Below, piece after piece: positions 52,273 to 62,615 of a stretch of DNA of 64,000 bases. The notes under the pieces were generated by a model that saw only the letters and a program-made list of their open reading frames with translations, did not search any database and was not told the origin of the DNA. This DNA comes from Candidatus Portnoybacteria bacterium (GTDB taxonomy: Bacteria > Patescibacteriota > Minisyncoccia > Portnoybacterales > GWB1-42-6). Every line of letters begins with the position of its first letter. Positions within the stretch are counted from its first letter, which is position 1. Position numbers and translations under genes: made by a program. The DNA lies in the NCBI GenBank assembly GCA_028688325.1, contig JAQTYI010000001.1:168820-232819 (forward strand), given 5' to 3'.

Positions 52273-54906
52273 CTACACCACAATATTCACCAGCTTCCCC
52301 TTCACAAAAATCACTTTCTTGGGCTCTTTGCCTTCCAGCCACTTAATAATATTGATGTCAGACATCGATAGTTTCTTGGCTTCGTCTTCCGAGATATCGG
52401 CCGGCACAGTCAAGATGGCCCGGACTTTGCCGTTGATTTGCACGGGCATCTGGATAGTTTCATCTTTCACCATCGCGGGATTGAATTTCGGCCAGGACTG
52501 CTTAAAAATTGACTCGCTATCTTTTTCCTCGGATTTATCCTCCGAAGCATTCTTGCCCGCCGAAGCTTTAGCGGAGGCGGGAGCGAAGGAGGACCAAAGC
52601 TCTTCCGCCATATGCGGGGCAAAAGGCGCCAGCAATATCAAAAAGGCCTGGGCCGCGCCACGGGGCATAACATTAAATCGTATAATGAAGTTTATAAAAA
52701 TCATCATTTGCGAAATTGCGGTGTTAAAGCGCAGATTCTCAATGTCTTCCGTGACTTTCTTGATGGTTTTGTGCAAAAGCTGAGGCATGCCTTCGGGCAC
52801 ATCCTTGCATCCCTCGCCGCAGTCCGTCAGATCGGCTTTATGGTATAAATTCCAAACCCGCTCCAAGAAGCGAACGATGCCGACAATTCCCTTGGTGTTC
52901 CAGGGCTTCATATCTTCCAGCGGGCCCATAAACATCTCAAACATGCGCAGGGCGTCAGCGCCGTATTCTTTAACCACATCATCGGGATTTACGACATTTC
53001 CCTTGGACTTGCTCATCTTGGTGCCGTCCTCCGCCAAAATTATTCCCTGGTGGCGCAACTTCAAAAATGGCTCGTCAAAATTGATATAGCCGAGTTTATG
53101 CAGAACTTTGGTGAAAAAGCGCGCGTAAAGCAGATGCAAAACGACATGCTCCGCCCCGCCGATATACAGATCCACGGGGAGCCATTTTTTGAGCATTTCC
53201 TTGGAAGCGAATTCCTTGTCATTTTTGTTGTCGGAGTAACGCAAATAATACCAGGAAGAGCAAACGAAAGTATCCATAGTGTCCGCTTCCCTACGGGCCG
53301 GCCCGCCGCATTCGGGACATTTAACATCCTGAAATTTTTTGGACTTGGCCAGAGGCGATTCGCCCGTGGGCATAAAATCCACATCATCGGGCAAGCGCAC
53401 GGGCAGATCTTCTTCCGGCACGGGAATCTCTCCACACTTATCGCAATAAATTATGGGAATCGGCGCACCCCAATATCGTTGGCGCGAAACCAGCCAATCG
53501 CGGAGCTTATAATTGATAACCTTTTTCCCTATTCCCTCTTTTTCCAGCCACTTTGCTATTTTTTCACGCGCCTTTTCCGAGGTTAGACCGTCGTATTCGC
53601 CGGAATTGGTCAAAATACCATCTTCAACAAAAGCTTCGTCATCCTGAGCGCCAGCGAAGGATCTATTTTTAGATTCTTCGTTCCGCTTCGCTTCATTCAG
53701 AATGACAAAATTGATAGGTAGTTTGAATTTCTTCGCAAACTCAAAATCCCGCTCATCATGCGCCGGGACGGCCATCACAGCTCCCGTGCCGTAATGCGCC
53801 AAAACAAAATCGCTCGCAAAAAGCGGAATGGCCTGCTTGGTGAAGGGATTTTTAACTTTCACGCCTTCCAATTCCACGCCGGTTTTTTCTTTAGCCTCGG
53901 TTTGGCGCTGCAAATCGGTTTTCTTTTTGGCCAGGGCAATATATTTTTCCACTTCGCTCCAATTGCTAATTTGAGATTTTAATTTTTGCACCAGTTCGTG
54001 TTCAGGCGCTATCAGCGCGAACGACATGCCAAAAACCGTGTCCAGACGGGTGGTAAAGACCTCAAGAAAAAGATTGTCATCCTGAGCGCCAGCGAAGGAT
54101 CTTTTAGATTCTTCGCCCTTCGGGCTCAGAATGACGGGAAGACGAAATTGCGCTCCCTCGCTTTTGCCTATCCAATTTTTCTGCGCCGCTTTGGTAGAAT
54201 CGGGCCAATCAAGTTTTTCCAGGCCTTCAAGCAGACCGGAAGTTATTCGCCCGTCCTTCGCATCTCCGCATCTTCGCTGTCGCTCCGAGCTACGAGCTTC
54301 GGAGGGCTCAATAAACTTCGTTATCGAGAAATACCACTGTTCCAAATCCTTTTGTACGACCTCGTTGCTGCAGCGGTCGCACACTCCCCCTTCGGCCTGC
54401 TCGTTGGCCAGCACGGTCTGGCAATTATCGCACCAGTTCACTTTCCCTTTCTTTTTATACGCCAAGCCGTTTTTGTAAAGCAGCAAAAAAAACCATTGCG
54501 TCCATTTGTAATATTCCGGGTCGGAAGAATTCACCTCGCGCGACCAATCATAAGAAAAGCCCAGCATATTCATCTGCTTTTTAAAGGTTGCGATGGCTTT
54601 TTTGGTGGTGGCGGCGGGATGCACTTTTGTTTTGATGGCGAAATTTTCCGCGGGCAAACCGAAAGCGTCCCAACCCTGCGGATGCAGAACATTTTTGCCG
54701 CAAAGTCGCGCGTAGCGCGACATAATATCGGAAGCCGTGTAGCCCTCAACATGGCCGATATGCAAGCCGTCGCCGGAGGGATATGGGAACATATCCAAGA
54801 TGTATTGCTTGGGCTTATCACTTTTATCGTCCGCCGCGCAAAGTTCCGGGTGCTTGGTCCATTCTTTCTGCCACTTTTTTTCTATTTTGGCGTGGTCATA
54901 TTTCAT
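52273..54906 (-). CDS. leuS: Leucine--tRNA ligase, carrying two in-frame copies of a palindromic element that encode SFAGAQDD.
   Basis: HIGH (PYPSGDGLHIGH) and KMSKS motifs and an editing domain. The inserted elements are at 53638..53710 and 54074..54138. Confidence 0.95.
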   Translation of the reverse strand: MKYDHAKIEKKWQKEWTKHPELCAADDKSDKPKQYILDMFPYPSGDGLHIGHVEGYTASDIMSRYARLCGKNVLHPQGWDAFGLPAENFAIKTKVHPAATTKKAIATFKKQMNMLGFSYDWSREVNSSDPEYYKWTQWFFLLLYKNGLAYKKKGKVNWCDNCQTVLANEQAEGGVCDRCSNEVVQKDLEQWYFSITKFIEPSEARSSERQRRCGDAKDGRITSGLLEGLEKLDWPDSTKAAQKNWIGKSEGAQFRLPVILSPKGEESKRSFAGAQDDNLFLEVFTTRLDTVFGMSFALIAPEHELVQKLKSQISNWSEVEKYIALAKKKTDLQRQTEAKEKTGVELEGVKVKNPFTKQAIPLFASDFVLAHYGTGAVMAVPAHDERDFEFAKKFKLPINFVILNEAKRNEESKNRSFAGAQDDEAFVEDGILTNSGEYDGLTSEKAREKIAKWLEKEGIGKKVINYKLRDWLVSRQRYWGAPIPIIYCDKCGEIPVPEEDLPVRLPDDVDFMPTGESPLAKSKKFQDVKCPECGGPARREADTMDTFVCSSWYYLRYSDNKNDKEFASKEMLKKWLPVDLYIGGAEHVVLHLLYARFFTKVLHKLGYINFDEPFLKLRHQGIILAEDGTKMSKSKGNVVNPDDVVKEYGADALRMFEMFMGPLEDMKPWNTKGIVGIVRFLERVWNLYHKADLTDCGEGCKDVPEGMPQLLHKTIKKVTEDIENLRFNTAISQMMIFINFIIRFNVMPRGAAQAFLILLAPFAPHMAEELWSSFAPASAKASAGKNASEDKSEEKDSESIFKQSWPKFNPAMVKDETIQMPVQINGKVRAILTVPADISEDEAKKLSMSDINIIKWLEGKEPKKVIFVKGKLVNIVV

Positions 54907-54959
54907 AATATTTACTCTAACCCCTTTTTACCTTTTTTTCAATCTTGCTTTATGTTATT

Positions 54960-55781
54960 ATGACTCCAATGTTAAAGGAGTGGCTGAAAAAATATTATCT
55001 GTTATTCGTCATCATCGCCGTTATCGCGGCGGTTTTTGCGCTGGCTAATTTCCAGCCGGCTAAGAATTTGGCCAACGCCTGCCAGATGGGATTTGAGTCA
55101 TTGAACCTGACGCCCATAGCCGTTATAAGCGGCGCGGCGGTGGACGCCATAAATCCCTGCGCGCTGTCCATCTTAATACTGCTGATGGCTTCCGCGCTAA
55201 TAAGCAACGATAAAAAAAGAGCCCTTAAAACCGGTTTGGCTTTTATCGCCGCGATCTATCTGGCTTATTTTGTCATGGGTATCGGCGTGCTCACGGTCAT
55301 CCGTTCCTACACCTTGTCGTTTTCCTCGCTATTTTACAAAGTAGTGGGCGCCGTCGCTTTAATATTCGGTCTGCTCAACATCAAAGATTATTTCTGGTAC
55401 GGCAAAGGAATTTTGATGGAAGTGCCGCTTAGATGGCGCCCAAAAATGCAAAAGCTGATCCTGGAGGTAACCAGCCCTTGGGGTGCGTTCGTTATTGGCC
55501 TGGTCGTAAGTTTATTTTTGCTCCCCTGCCTGTCGGGGCCTTATGCCATTATTTTAGCGATGCTGGCCGCCAAAAAAACTTTTGCCAAAGCGCTGCTTTA
55601 TATGGTTGTTTATAATATCGTTTTTATCTTGCCGATGACGGCGGTGGCTTTATTTATTTACTTCGGCCTGCCGGCCGAAAAAGCCGAGGCCTGGAGAAAA
55701 GAAAAACTCCGGCTGCTCCATTTGATTGCCGGAGTTATTTTGATAGGATTGGGGGTTGTAATTTTGGGCGGGTGGTTATAA
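54960..55781 (+). CDS. Cytochrome c biogenesis CcdA/DsbD-family transmembrane thiol-disulfide protein.
   Basis: NPCALS and LPCLSGP Cys pairs within transmembrane helices. The track start at 54945 is a TTG. Confidence 0.7.
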   Translation: MTPMLKEWLKKYYLLFVIIAVIAAVFALANFQPAKNLANACQMGFESLNLTPIAVISGAAVDAINPCALSILILLMASALISNDKKRALKTGLAFIAAIYLAYFVMGIGVLTVIRSYTLSFSSLFYKVVGAVALIFGLLNIKDYFWYGKGILMEVPLRWRPKMQKLILEVTSPWGAFVIGLVVSLFLLPCLSGPYAIILAMLAAKKTFAKALLYMVVYNIVFILPMTAVALFIYFGLPAEKAEAWRKEKLRLLHLIAGVILIGLGVVILGGWL

Positions 55782-55824
55782 ACAAAAATGGTAGGGCGAA
55801 AATAAAAAGGGCAAAAAGCCCTTT

Positions 55825-56325
55825 TTATTTTCGCCCCGCGTATTCTCTTTTTATTTTTCTTTTAATCTTCAGCCGCTTGAGCAGCGGTAACCTGTCCAGC
55901 ATGGTCTTGCCCGCCAGATGGTCTGTTTCGTGGCAAATTATCCGAGCCAGCAATTCGCCGGCTTTTATTTTTTGTTTCTGCCCGCGCTTGTCCATATATT
56001 CAACCTCTATTTTTTCGGGTCGCTTTATCTCAAATTCCACCCCCGGCAAACTCAAACAACCTTCGACCATTATCGAGGCGCCTTTTTTGCGGATAATTCT
56101 CGGATTTATCATCACCCTGACATTCCCTTCGCCCCGGCTGTCGTCGACTATAATTATCTGCTTTGACACGCCGACCTGGTTGGCCGCCAATCCCGCTCCG
56201 CGTTTGGCATAGAGCGTTTCCATCATATCATTGATAAGTTTTTTCGTTTCAGCGTCAACAACCCCAACTTTTTTGGTTTTTTTGGTCAGAATCTTATCGG
56301 GATAGATTTTGATGTCGAGTATCAT
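55825..56325 (-). CDS. def: Peptide deformylase.
   Basis: GAGLAANQVG, EGCLSLPG and HETDHLAG are present. Confidence 0.9.
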   Translation of the reverse strand: MILDIKIYPDKILTKKTKKVGVVDAETKKLINDMMETLYAKRGAGLAANQVGVSKQIIIVDDSRGEGNVRVMINPRIIRKKGASIMVEGCLSLPGVEFEIKRPEKIEVEYMDKRGQKQKIKAGELLARIICHETDHLAGKTMLDRLPLLKRLKIKRKIKREYAGRK

Positions 56326-56340
56326 GGATTGTATTTAACA

Positions 56341-56492
56341 CGCGCATACGAAAAATTTTGCCAGAAAATAGCAACGAGCCGAGCGTCTAAATTTGCGTGC
56401 TGTGGTGGGGCCCCGATCGTCAGGTCGGGGCGTTGCGGATAGCAAATTTAGTGAGACGAGTTCTATTTTCTCAAAATTTTATCGTCGCGCGG
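56341..56492 (+). mobile_element. MITE-like repeat, family A, copy 3.
   Basis: CGCGCATACGAAAAATTTT ... AAAATTTTATCGTCGCGCGG with the same core as the other two copies. Confidence 0.6.
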
Positions 56493-56539
56493 CGGTTTTT
56501 TACGCCGCTTTTTTGGCGGCAAAAAAGCGGCAAACTATT

Positions 56540-57361
56540 TTATATTCCAAATAACTTTTTGGCATTAGCCGTCGTCGCTTCCGCCACTTCTTCCAAACTG
56601 ATGCCGCGCAATTCCGCTACCTTTTGCGCCACATATTTCACATAACTCGGTTCGTTTCTTTTACCACGGAACGGCTCCGGGGTCAAATACGGGCAGTCGG
56701 TTTCCAGCAAGAGCCGCTCCAGCGGCATTTCTTTGACCGCGCGGTCATAATCGCGCGCAAAAGTGATGATGCCGTTAAAGCCCAGGTAAAAACCCATATT
56801 CAAATACTGCTCCGCCTGGTTCCACCGACCGGAAAAACTATGAATAACTCCCCGCAGGGGCTTATTGCCGACCATCGTCCAGGTTTTTAAGATTTTCAGC
56901 AGATCATCGTGCGCTTCGCGGCAATGCAGCATCACGGGCTTTTGCAAGCACTCAGCCAAACCTAATTGTTCCAACAGAACTTCTTTTTGCAATTCTGGCT
57001 TAGCTATATTTCTATAATAATCCAAACCGATCTCTCCTATCGCCACGACCATATCCTGCTGCGCCAGATTCTTATAATGCTCGTAATCAAATTCCTCCGC
57101 TTCCATTTTAAAATTCACGGTTTCTTGGTCATCCACCTTCGTTTCAATTTCCTGCGCGCGCAAAGAGCCGGGGTGCAGGCCGACGGCCGCAAAAACCCCG
57201 CGGCCGTATTTTTGAGCGTATTCAACCGCTCGTTGGCTCGTCTTCCTTTCCGAACCGACATTTATCAGCCAAGTATTTTCTTTTAGCGCGCGCCTGACTA
57301 CCTCGTCGCCATCGTCTTTATAGGCGCTGAAATTTATATGGGCGTGAGTATCAATAAGCAC
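56540..57361 (-). CDS. tatD: TatD-family hydrolase.
   Basis: IDTHAHINF, and GLHP...EIGLDY on a TIM-barrel metal-dependent hydrolase fold. The start is a GTG. Confidence 0.85.
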   Translation of the reverse strand: MLIDTHAHINFSAYKDDGDEVVRRALKENTWLINVGSERKTSQRAVEYAQKYGRGVFAAVGLHPGSLRAQEIETKVDDQETVNFKMEAEEFDYEHYKNLAQQDMVVAIGEIGLDYYRNIAKPELQKEVLLEQLGLAECLQKPVMLHCREAHDDLLKILKTWTMVGNKPLRGVIHSFSGRWNQAEQYLNMGFYLGFNGIITFARDYDRAVKEMPLERLLLETDCPYLTPEPFRGKRNEPSYVKYVAQKVAELRGISLEEVAEATTANAKKLFGI

Positions 57362-57370
57362 TTAAATGGC

Positions 57371-57423
57371 GATGTCCGACATCCAAAGATTAAAACGCAT
57401 TAATATTCGGGATGTCGGACATC
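57371..57423. repeat. GATGTCCGACATC-type hairpin repeat.
   Basis: GATGTCCGACATC-(27 nt, containing AATATTCGG)-GATGTCGGACATC. Confidence 0.7.
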
Positions 57424-57435
57424 GTAAAATTGGTA

Positions 57436-58854
57436 TTATTTGATCCTCGGAAACAGCCCTTCCCTCTTCTGTATCTTTTCCGCCTTAGCCGCGGCCAAAA
57501 TTTTTCCGGCGGTCTCGGGCATAAACGGCGCTAAGGCCTCCCCTATCGCAATGATGGCGCCCAAAAGTTCGGCCAGGGTTTTTTGCGCTTCGCCCTTGTT
57601 TGTTTTTACTAATTCCCAAAGTTTCGTTTCGTCTATTTTTTTATTGGCCCAGTCGATTTTCGCGATTATTTTTTCCAGGGCCTGATAAAGCTTAAAATTT
57701 TCCATTTCCGCGGCAATATCTATTTTATCCTTTTTCGCTTTTATCTTGCCGTCAAAATTTTTTTCAATAATATTGAAAACCCGGCTTACTAAATTTCCCA
57801 GCCCATTAGCCAGATCCGCGTTGTATTTTTCCGTCAGTTTTTCCCAGGAAATATCGCCGTCGTGGCCAAAAGGCGTTGAAGCGGCCAAAAGGTATCGGCT
57901 GGCATCCGCACTAAATTTCGCGACCATTTCCTCAGGCCATATCACATTGCCCAGTGATTTTGACATTTTTTGCCCGTTTATCGTAAAAAATCCATGCACA
58001 AAAAATCTCTTGGGTAATTTAAATCCCTGATTCAGCGCCAATAGCAGTCCCGGCCAGATGGTGGAATGCACCCGAACAATGTCTTTGGCCATCAACTGGG
58101 CATCTGCGGGCCAAAATTTCAGCTCTTTTTCATTATCGCCATCCCAACCAAGTCCGGTCAGATAATTCAACAAGGCATCCACCCAAACATAGGTCGTGTG
58201 CTCCTTGTCAAAAGGCAAAGGAATCCCCCATTTGACATTCTTGCGGGAGATGGAAATATCATTTAACCCGCTGCGGATAAAATTTAAAACCTCGCTCTTG
58301 CGCTCTTTGGGCTCGATCAAGAGTTCATCGTTTGAAATCCTTTTGGCCAGCTCTCTGCCAAAAAATGACAGTTTAAAAAAATAGCTTTCCTCTTTCATCA
58401 ATTGCGGCTCAACCTGGTGCTCCGGGCATTTGCCGTCGATTAGATCATCAGCAATTTTATACTGCTCGCAACCCGTGCAATAAAGCCCTTCGTATGTTCC
58501 CTGATAAATAAAATCCCGCTCATACATCCTTTGCAAGGCACGCTTGATGGCCGCTTCGTGCGCAGCGTCCGTAGTGCGGATGAATTTATCATATTTAACA
58601 TTAAAAAGTTTCCAGGCATCCTGGAAATCCTGCGCTCGATTGTCGCAAAAGTCCTTCGGGGATTGACCCGCCTTTTCGGCCGCCTGCGCCACCTTGGCGC
58701 CATGCTCATCTGTGCCGGTCAGAAAGAAGACCTCCTCGCCTTGTGATTTGTGCCAGCGCGCCAAAATATCCGCCGCCACGCTGGTATAGGCATGGCCGAT
58801 ATGCGGCTTGTCGTTTACATAATAAATGGGAGTGGTGATATAAAATTTATTCAT
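57436..58854 (-). CDS. metG: Methionine--tRNA ligase (short form).
   Basis: HIGH (PHIGHAYT) and KMSKS motifs, and the anticodon-binding domain. Confidence 0.9.
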   Translation of the reverse strand: MNKFYITTPIYYVNDKPHIGHAYTSVAADILARWHKSQGEEVFFLTGTDEHGAKVAQAAEKAGQSPKDFCDNRAQDFQDAWKLFNVKYDKFIRTTDAAHEAAIKRALQRMYERDFIYQGTYEGLYCTGCEQYKIADDLIDGKCPEHQVEPQLMKEESYFFKLSFFGRELAKRISNDELLIEPKERKSEVLNFIRSGLNDISISRKNVKWGIPLPFDKEHTTYVWVDALLNYLTGLGWDGDNEKELKFWPADAQLMAKDIVRVHSTIWPGLLLALNQGFKLPKRFFVHGFFTINGQKMSKSLGNVIWPEEMVAKFSADASRYLLAASTPFGHDGDISWEKLTEKYNADLANGLGNLVSRVFNIIEKNFDGKIKAKKDKIDIAAEMENFKLYQALEKIIAKIDWANKKIDETKLWELVKTNKGEAQKTLAELLGAIIAIGEALAPFMPETAGKILAAAKAEKIQKREGLFPRIK

Positions 58855-59533
58855 TTTTTACGATTATAACAAATTCCCCTTTCAAATTATTTTTATCCTC
58901 ATTCAACTTGTCTAAAATCTCTCCCGCCGTGCCGCGGTATACGCTTTCAAACATCTTGGTCAGCTCGCGCGCCGCGACGATCTGCCGCTCCGGCGCCAGA
59001 CCCTTCAGCTGTTCCATCGCCTTCAATATCCGGTGCGTGGATTCATAGAACACGACAACATAACCAGCCCTCGCCACTTCTTCAAAAAATTTATTACGCC
59101 CTTTTTTATGCGGCGGGAAGCCCATAAAAATGAATTTGTCGGTCGGAAAACCGGAAATGCTTAATGCCGCCATAACAGCGGATGGTCCAGGGATTGGGAC
59201 TATCCTGATGCCGGCATCTTGTTTCATGTTATTTGTTATATGTTCTATGATTTTTCCGCCCGGATCGGAAATTCCAGGAGTTCCCGCGTCCGTAACCAGG
59301 GCGACATTTTTACCCTCGGCCAGCTGCCCGGCAATATATTCAATTTTGGACAATTTGCTGTGCTGAAAATAACTCACCAGTGGTTTTGAGATCTGATAGT
59401 GGTTCAATAATTTCAAGGTCTGGCGCGTATCTTCGCACGCCACCAGATCCACGGATTTTAAAACCTCAAGCGCCCGCAGAGTAATATCTTTCAGATTGCC
59501 AATTGGAGTCGCGATGATATATAATGTTCCCAT
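58847..59533 (-). CDS. rsmI: 16S rRNA (cytidine1402-2'-O)-methyltransferase RsmI.
   Basis: LYIIATPIGNLKDIT...ACEDTR and the tetrapyrrole-methylase fold. Confidence 0.9.
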   Translation of the reverse strand: MGTLYIIATPIGNLKDITLRALEVLKSVDLVACEDTRQTLKLLNHYQISKPLVSYFQHSKLSKIEYIAGQLAEGKNVALVTDAGTPGISDPGGKIIEHITNNMKQDAGIRIVPIPGPSAVMAALSISGFPTDKFIFMGFPPHKKGRNKFFEEVARAGYVVVFYESTHRILKAMEQLKGLAPERQIVAARELTKMFESVYRGTAGEILDKLNEDKNNLKGEFVIIVKNE

Positions 59534-59574
59534 AACACCATCTTAAAGGAAAAACTCCGAAGTTTCAAATTTTT

Positions 59575-60030
59575 ATGATTCTTTTGCCCCATTTGCTGAT
59601 AGGCGCCGCGATCGGCTTTAAAATCCATAACGCCTGGGCCGTTTTTGCTCTGTCGCTGGTTTCGCATTTCATTGCCGACAAGATCCCCCACTGGGATTAC
59701 ATCGACGAGCAGATCGGCGATATGAATAAAAAAGAATTCATGGCGTTTCTGTATAAAGCCGCGGCTGACGCCGGCATCGGCGGCGTTCTGCTTCTCATAC
59801 TTTTGTGGCAGCAAAATGCCTGGCCTTATGCCATATTCGGCGCCGCTATTTCTATTTTACCTGATTTTTTAATATTTCTTCGTAAATTTTTCCCGAAAAC
59901 AAAATGGCTTTTTTCGTATCAAAAACTTCACAACTCTAATCACCTGGACAAAAAACCCGGCGGAAAAATTCTTTTCCCGCTCATCAGCGAACTGTTAATA
60001 ACGGCGATAGCGATATTTTTTCTCTTGTAG
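59575..60030 (+). CDS. Hypothetical membrane protein.
   Basis: Four hydrophobic helices. The ORF is followed by a bidirectional terminator at 60035..60070. Confidence 0.45.
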   Translation: MILLPHLLIGAAIGFKIHNAWAVFALSLVSHFIADKIPHWDYIDEQIGDMNKKEFMAFLYKAAADAGIGGVLLLILLWQQNAWPYAIFGAAISILPDFLIFLRKFFPKTKWLFSYQKLHNSNHLDKKPGGKILFPLISELLITAIAIFFLL

Positions 60031-60034
60031 ATCA

Positions 60035-60070
60035 TAATGAAACAAAAATCCCGCTCACGCGGGATTTTTG
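60035..60070. terminator. Bidirectional rho-independent terminator.
   Basis: AAAAATCCCGC-TCAC-GCGGGATTTTTG. Confidence 0.65.
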
Positions 60071-60092
60071 TTTTCCTCACCTAACCGCTTAA

Positions 60093-61106
60093 TCACTTTT
60101 CATTTTCTTCCTTCAAAAAAATATCTCCCAGGAAGACCGATATTATCGCCACGATGGGAACCGCCACCACCACGCCCAAAATTCCCATCAACTTGGCGCC
60201 CACTATCATGGAGATGATGACCACCAAAGGATTCAAACCCACCGCCCGCTTCATAACCATCGGCACCAGCACATAACCTTCTACTTGATGGACGACAAGA
60301 AATAATATCAAGACCAAAAAACCGAGAAACGGTGATTGCAAAAAAGCCAAAGAGACCGCGGCCGAACCTGCCAGAACCGGTCCGATATACGGCACAATTT
60401 CCAAAAGACCGGCCAACAAGGCCAGCATCAAGGCAAAATCGACCCTTAAGGAAAACAATCCCGCAAAAACCATCACCGCGATTGCCAGCATAATTATCAG
60501 CTGGCCGCGCATCCAACGACCGAGTTTTGTCTGGATGCGCTCGGCCAGGTTGACAACATACGGCCGGTGTTCTGCTGGAGTTACGCTGGAAATGAACATT
60601 TTTATGCCCTTATCTTGCACCACCAAGTAGAAAGAAATGACCACAATGACGATGGCGGAAAATATCCCGCCGAAAATATTGACCGCCGTGCCAAAAATCC
60701 CTGAAGTGGTGCCGTAAATCTGGCTGCTGAGATTTTCCAGGATTTTCTGGCCGTAGCCCGGAGCGAATTTATATTGAAAAACGGAAACATTAACGCCAAA
60801 TTTATTCAAATAATCCGGCAAAGAGACGGCTAGTGATTTCATCTGCCCGGCCAGCAATGGCAAGGCCCAATAAACAAAAGCCGCCAGAAGTCCGGCAACG
60901 AAAAGATATATCATCAAGGCGCCGAGCGTCCGGCGCACACGGTGCTTGGCCATCCAATCCACCGGGCCATCAATGGCAGCAGCGATGATAAGGGCGATAA
61001 AAACCATCAGCAAAACATCCCGGACAAGATAGATAAAAACCAGCCCCAGAACTATCAGGACGGAACGAAAGATCGTTGAAGTTGAAATGTCTATTTTTTG
61101 GATCAT
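60093..61106 (-). CDS. AI-2E family transporter (PerM/UPF0118).
   Basis: Eight transmembrane helices with the typical AI-2E topology and length. Confidence 0.75.
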   Translation of the reverse strand: MIQKIDISTSTIFRSVLIVLGLVFIYLVRDVLLMVFIALIIAAAIDGPVDWMAKHRVRRTLGALMIYLFVAGLLAAFVYWALPLLAGQMKSLAVSLPDYLNKFGVNVSVFQYKFAPGYGQKILENLSSQIYGTTSGIFGTAVNIFGGIFSAIVIVVISFYLVVQDKGIKMFISSVTPAEHRPYVVNLAERIQTKLGRWMRGQLIIMLAIAVMVFAGLFSLRVDFALMLALLAGLLEIVPYIGPVLAGSAAVSLAFLQSPFLGFLVLILFLVVHQVEGYVLVPMVMKRAVGLNPLVVIISMIVGAKLMGILGVVVAVPIVAIISVFLGDIFLKEENEK

Positions 61107-61125
61107 CTATTTTTATCAAACCTTT

Positions 61126-61286
61126 CCGCCCATACGAAAAATAACAATTTATTGTCCTCCCGAACGAAGTGAGAGATCTCTGGCGAATGCCAGACCCGTT
61201 GCGCGGATCTCCGCCTGATGGCGGATCCCGCGAGATCCCTCGCTACGCTCGGGACGACACTTCGTGTCGATTTTATCGTCGGGCGG
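61126..61286 (+). mobile_element. MITE-like repeat, family B, copy 2.
   Basis: CCGCCCATACGAAAAAT ... TTTTATCGTCGGGCGG; the interior is 90% identical to 40505..40666. Confidence 0.6.
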
Positions 61287-61352
61287 CGGTTTTTTCCGCC
61301 GCTTTGGCGTTTACCCCGTTCTGCGGGGCCGGCAAAAAAGCGGCAAAAGAAT

Positions 61353-62615
61353 CTATATTTTTAAAAACTTCTCAAACTTCTCTTTTTCTTTGAACGGCCC
61401 TATCAGCGCCAGATTGAGTTTCTCGGGCCTGAAGATGTCTTTGGCGACCCTCGCCAGGTCCGACTGGCTTACCGCCTTTATTTTACTAAAAATCTGCTCG
61501 GGCGTCAAAACCCCTTTGCGCAAAAGTTCCTGCAAGCCGACCCACGAAGCCATTTCATCCGATGTTTCAAGGCCCAGGCGCAACGAACCCTGGAGCCATT
61601 CTTTGGCTTTTTTTATCTCCGCGGCGCCCACCTTTATATCGCGGATTTTTTTATATTCCGTTAAGATCGCTTCTATCGCCTCTTCCGCTTTCTCATTGGC
61701 CACGCCCGCCTGCGTCACAAAATATCCGCAGTCGGTGTAATTTTCCGCGGCCGAACGCACATAATAAGCCAGGCCTCTTTTTTCACGCACGGAAATGAAA
61801 AGGCGCGAGCTCATCATGCCGCCCAAAATCGCCGCCAGCACCATCAGCGCATAGCGGTCTTTGTGGAACATATCGTAGGCGCGCACACCCAGGCGCAAAT
61901 GCGTCTGATCTGTGGCCTTATGATAAACCATGACCTCCGGCTTTGACTGCGCTTCGCGCACCGCCGATTTAGTTTGCCCTTCCCCTTTTTTCAAGCCGCC
62001 AAAATATTTCAAAACCTTCTTTTCCATATCCTTGTCGATTTTTCCAGCCAAACATACCACCGCGTTCTTTGTCCGGTAATGCGTATTGAAATAATCAACA
62101 AATTGCGTCCGCGCCATTTTGGAAATATTCTCTTTGGTGCCGATTATCTGCCAGCCGGCCGGCTGATCGCCGTAAAGCAATTCCTCCCACAGGTCGCCCA
62201 AATAACGCATCGGGTTATCCAACGACATATTTATTTCTTCCGTGATAACACCCCGCTCTTTGTCTATTTCCTTGGCGTCAAATTTGGAATTGAGCAAAAT
62301 ATCACTCACCCAATCCAGCGCCATATCAGCATATTCGGGCGCCACTTTGGCGTAGTAGCCCGTCATTTCCTGGCTCGTGAACGCGTTAAATTCCCCGCCC
62401 ACCCTGTCCAGATACTCGCTCAGCGCCAGAGTCGTGGGCCGTTTTTTGGTGCCCTTAAAAAACATATGCTCCAAAAAATGCGAGATGCCGTTGTTCTCTT
62501 TGCTCTCGTATTTTGAACCCGCGGCAAAAAACACCAGCACCGTGGTTGATTGGCTCCCCGCCATCGGCGCGGTAATTAATCTTAAGCCGTTTGGTAAAAT
62601 GGTTTTTTTAAACAT
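61353..62615 (-). CDS. M16-family zinc peptidase (insulinase-like).
   Basis: The inverted zinc motif HFLEHMFF and a downstream Glu, with both M16 domains. The ATG at 62615 is preferred over the GTG at 62627. Confidence 0.85.
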   Translation of the reverse strand: MFKKTILPNGLRLITAPMAGSQSTTVLVFFAAGSKYESKENNGISHFLEHMFFKGTKKRPTTLALSEYLDRVGGEFNAFTSQEMTGYYAKVAPEYADMALDWVSDILLNSKFDAKEIDKERGVITEEINMSLDNPMRYLGDLWEELLYGDQPAGWQIIGTKENISKMARTQFVDYFNTHYRTKNAVVCLAGKIDKDMEKKVLKYFGGLKKGEGQTKSAVREAQSKPEVMVYHKATDQTHLRLGVRAYDMFHKDRYALMVLAAILGGMMSSRLFISVREKRGLAYYVRSAAENYTDCGYFVTQAGVANEKAEEAIEAILTEYKKIRDIKVGAAEIKKAKEWLQGSLRLGLETSDEMASWVGLQELLRKGVLTPEQIFSKIKAVSQSDLARVAKDIFRPEKLNLALIGPFKEKEKFEKFLKI

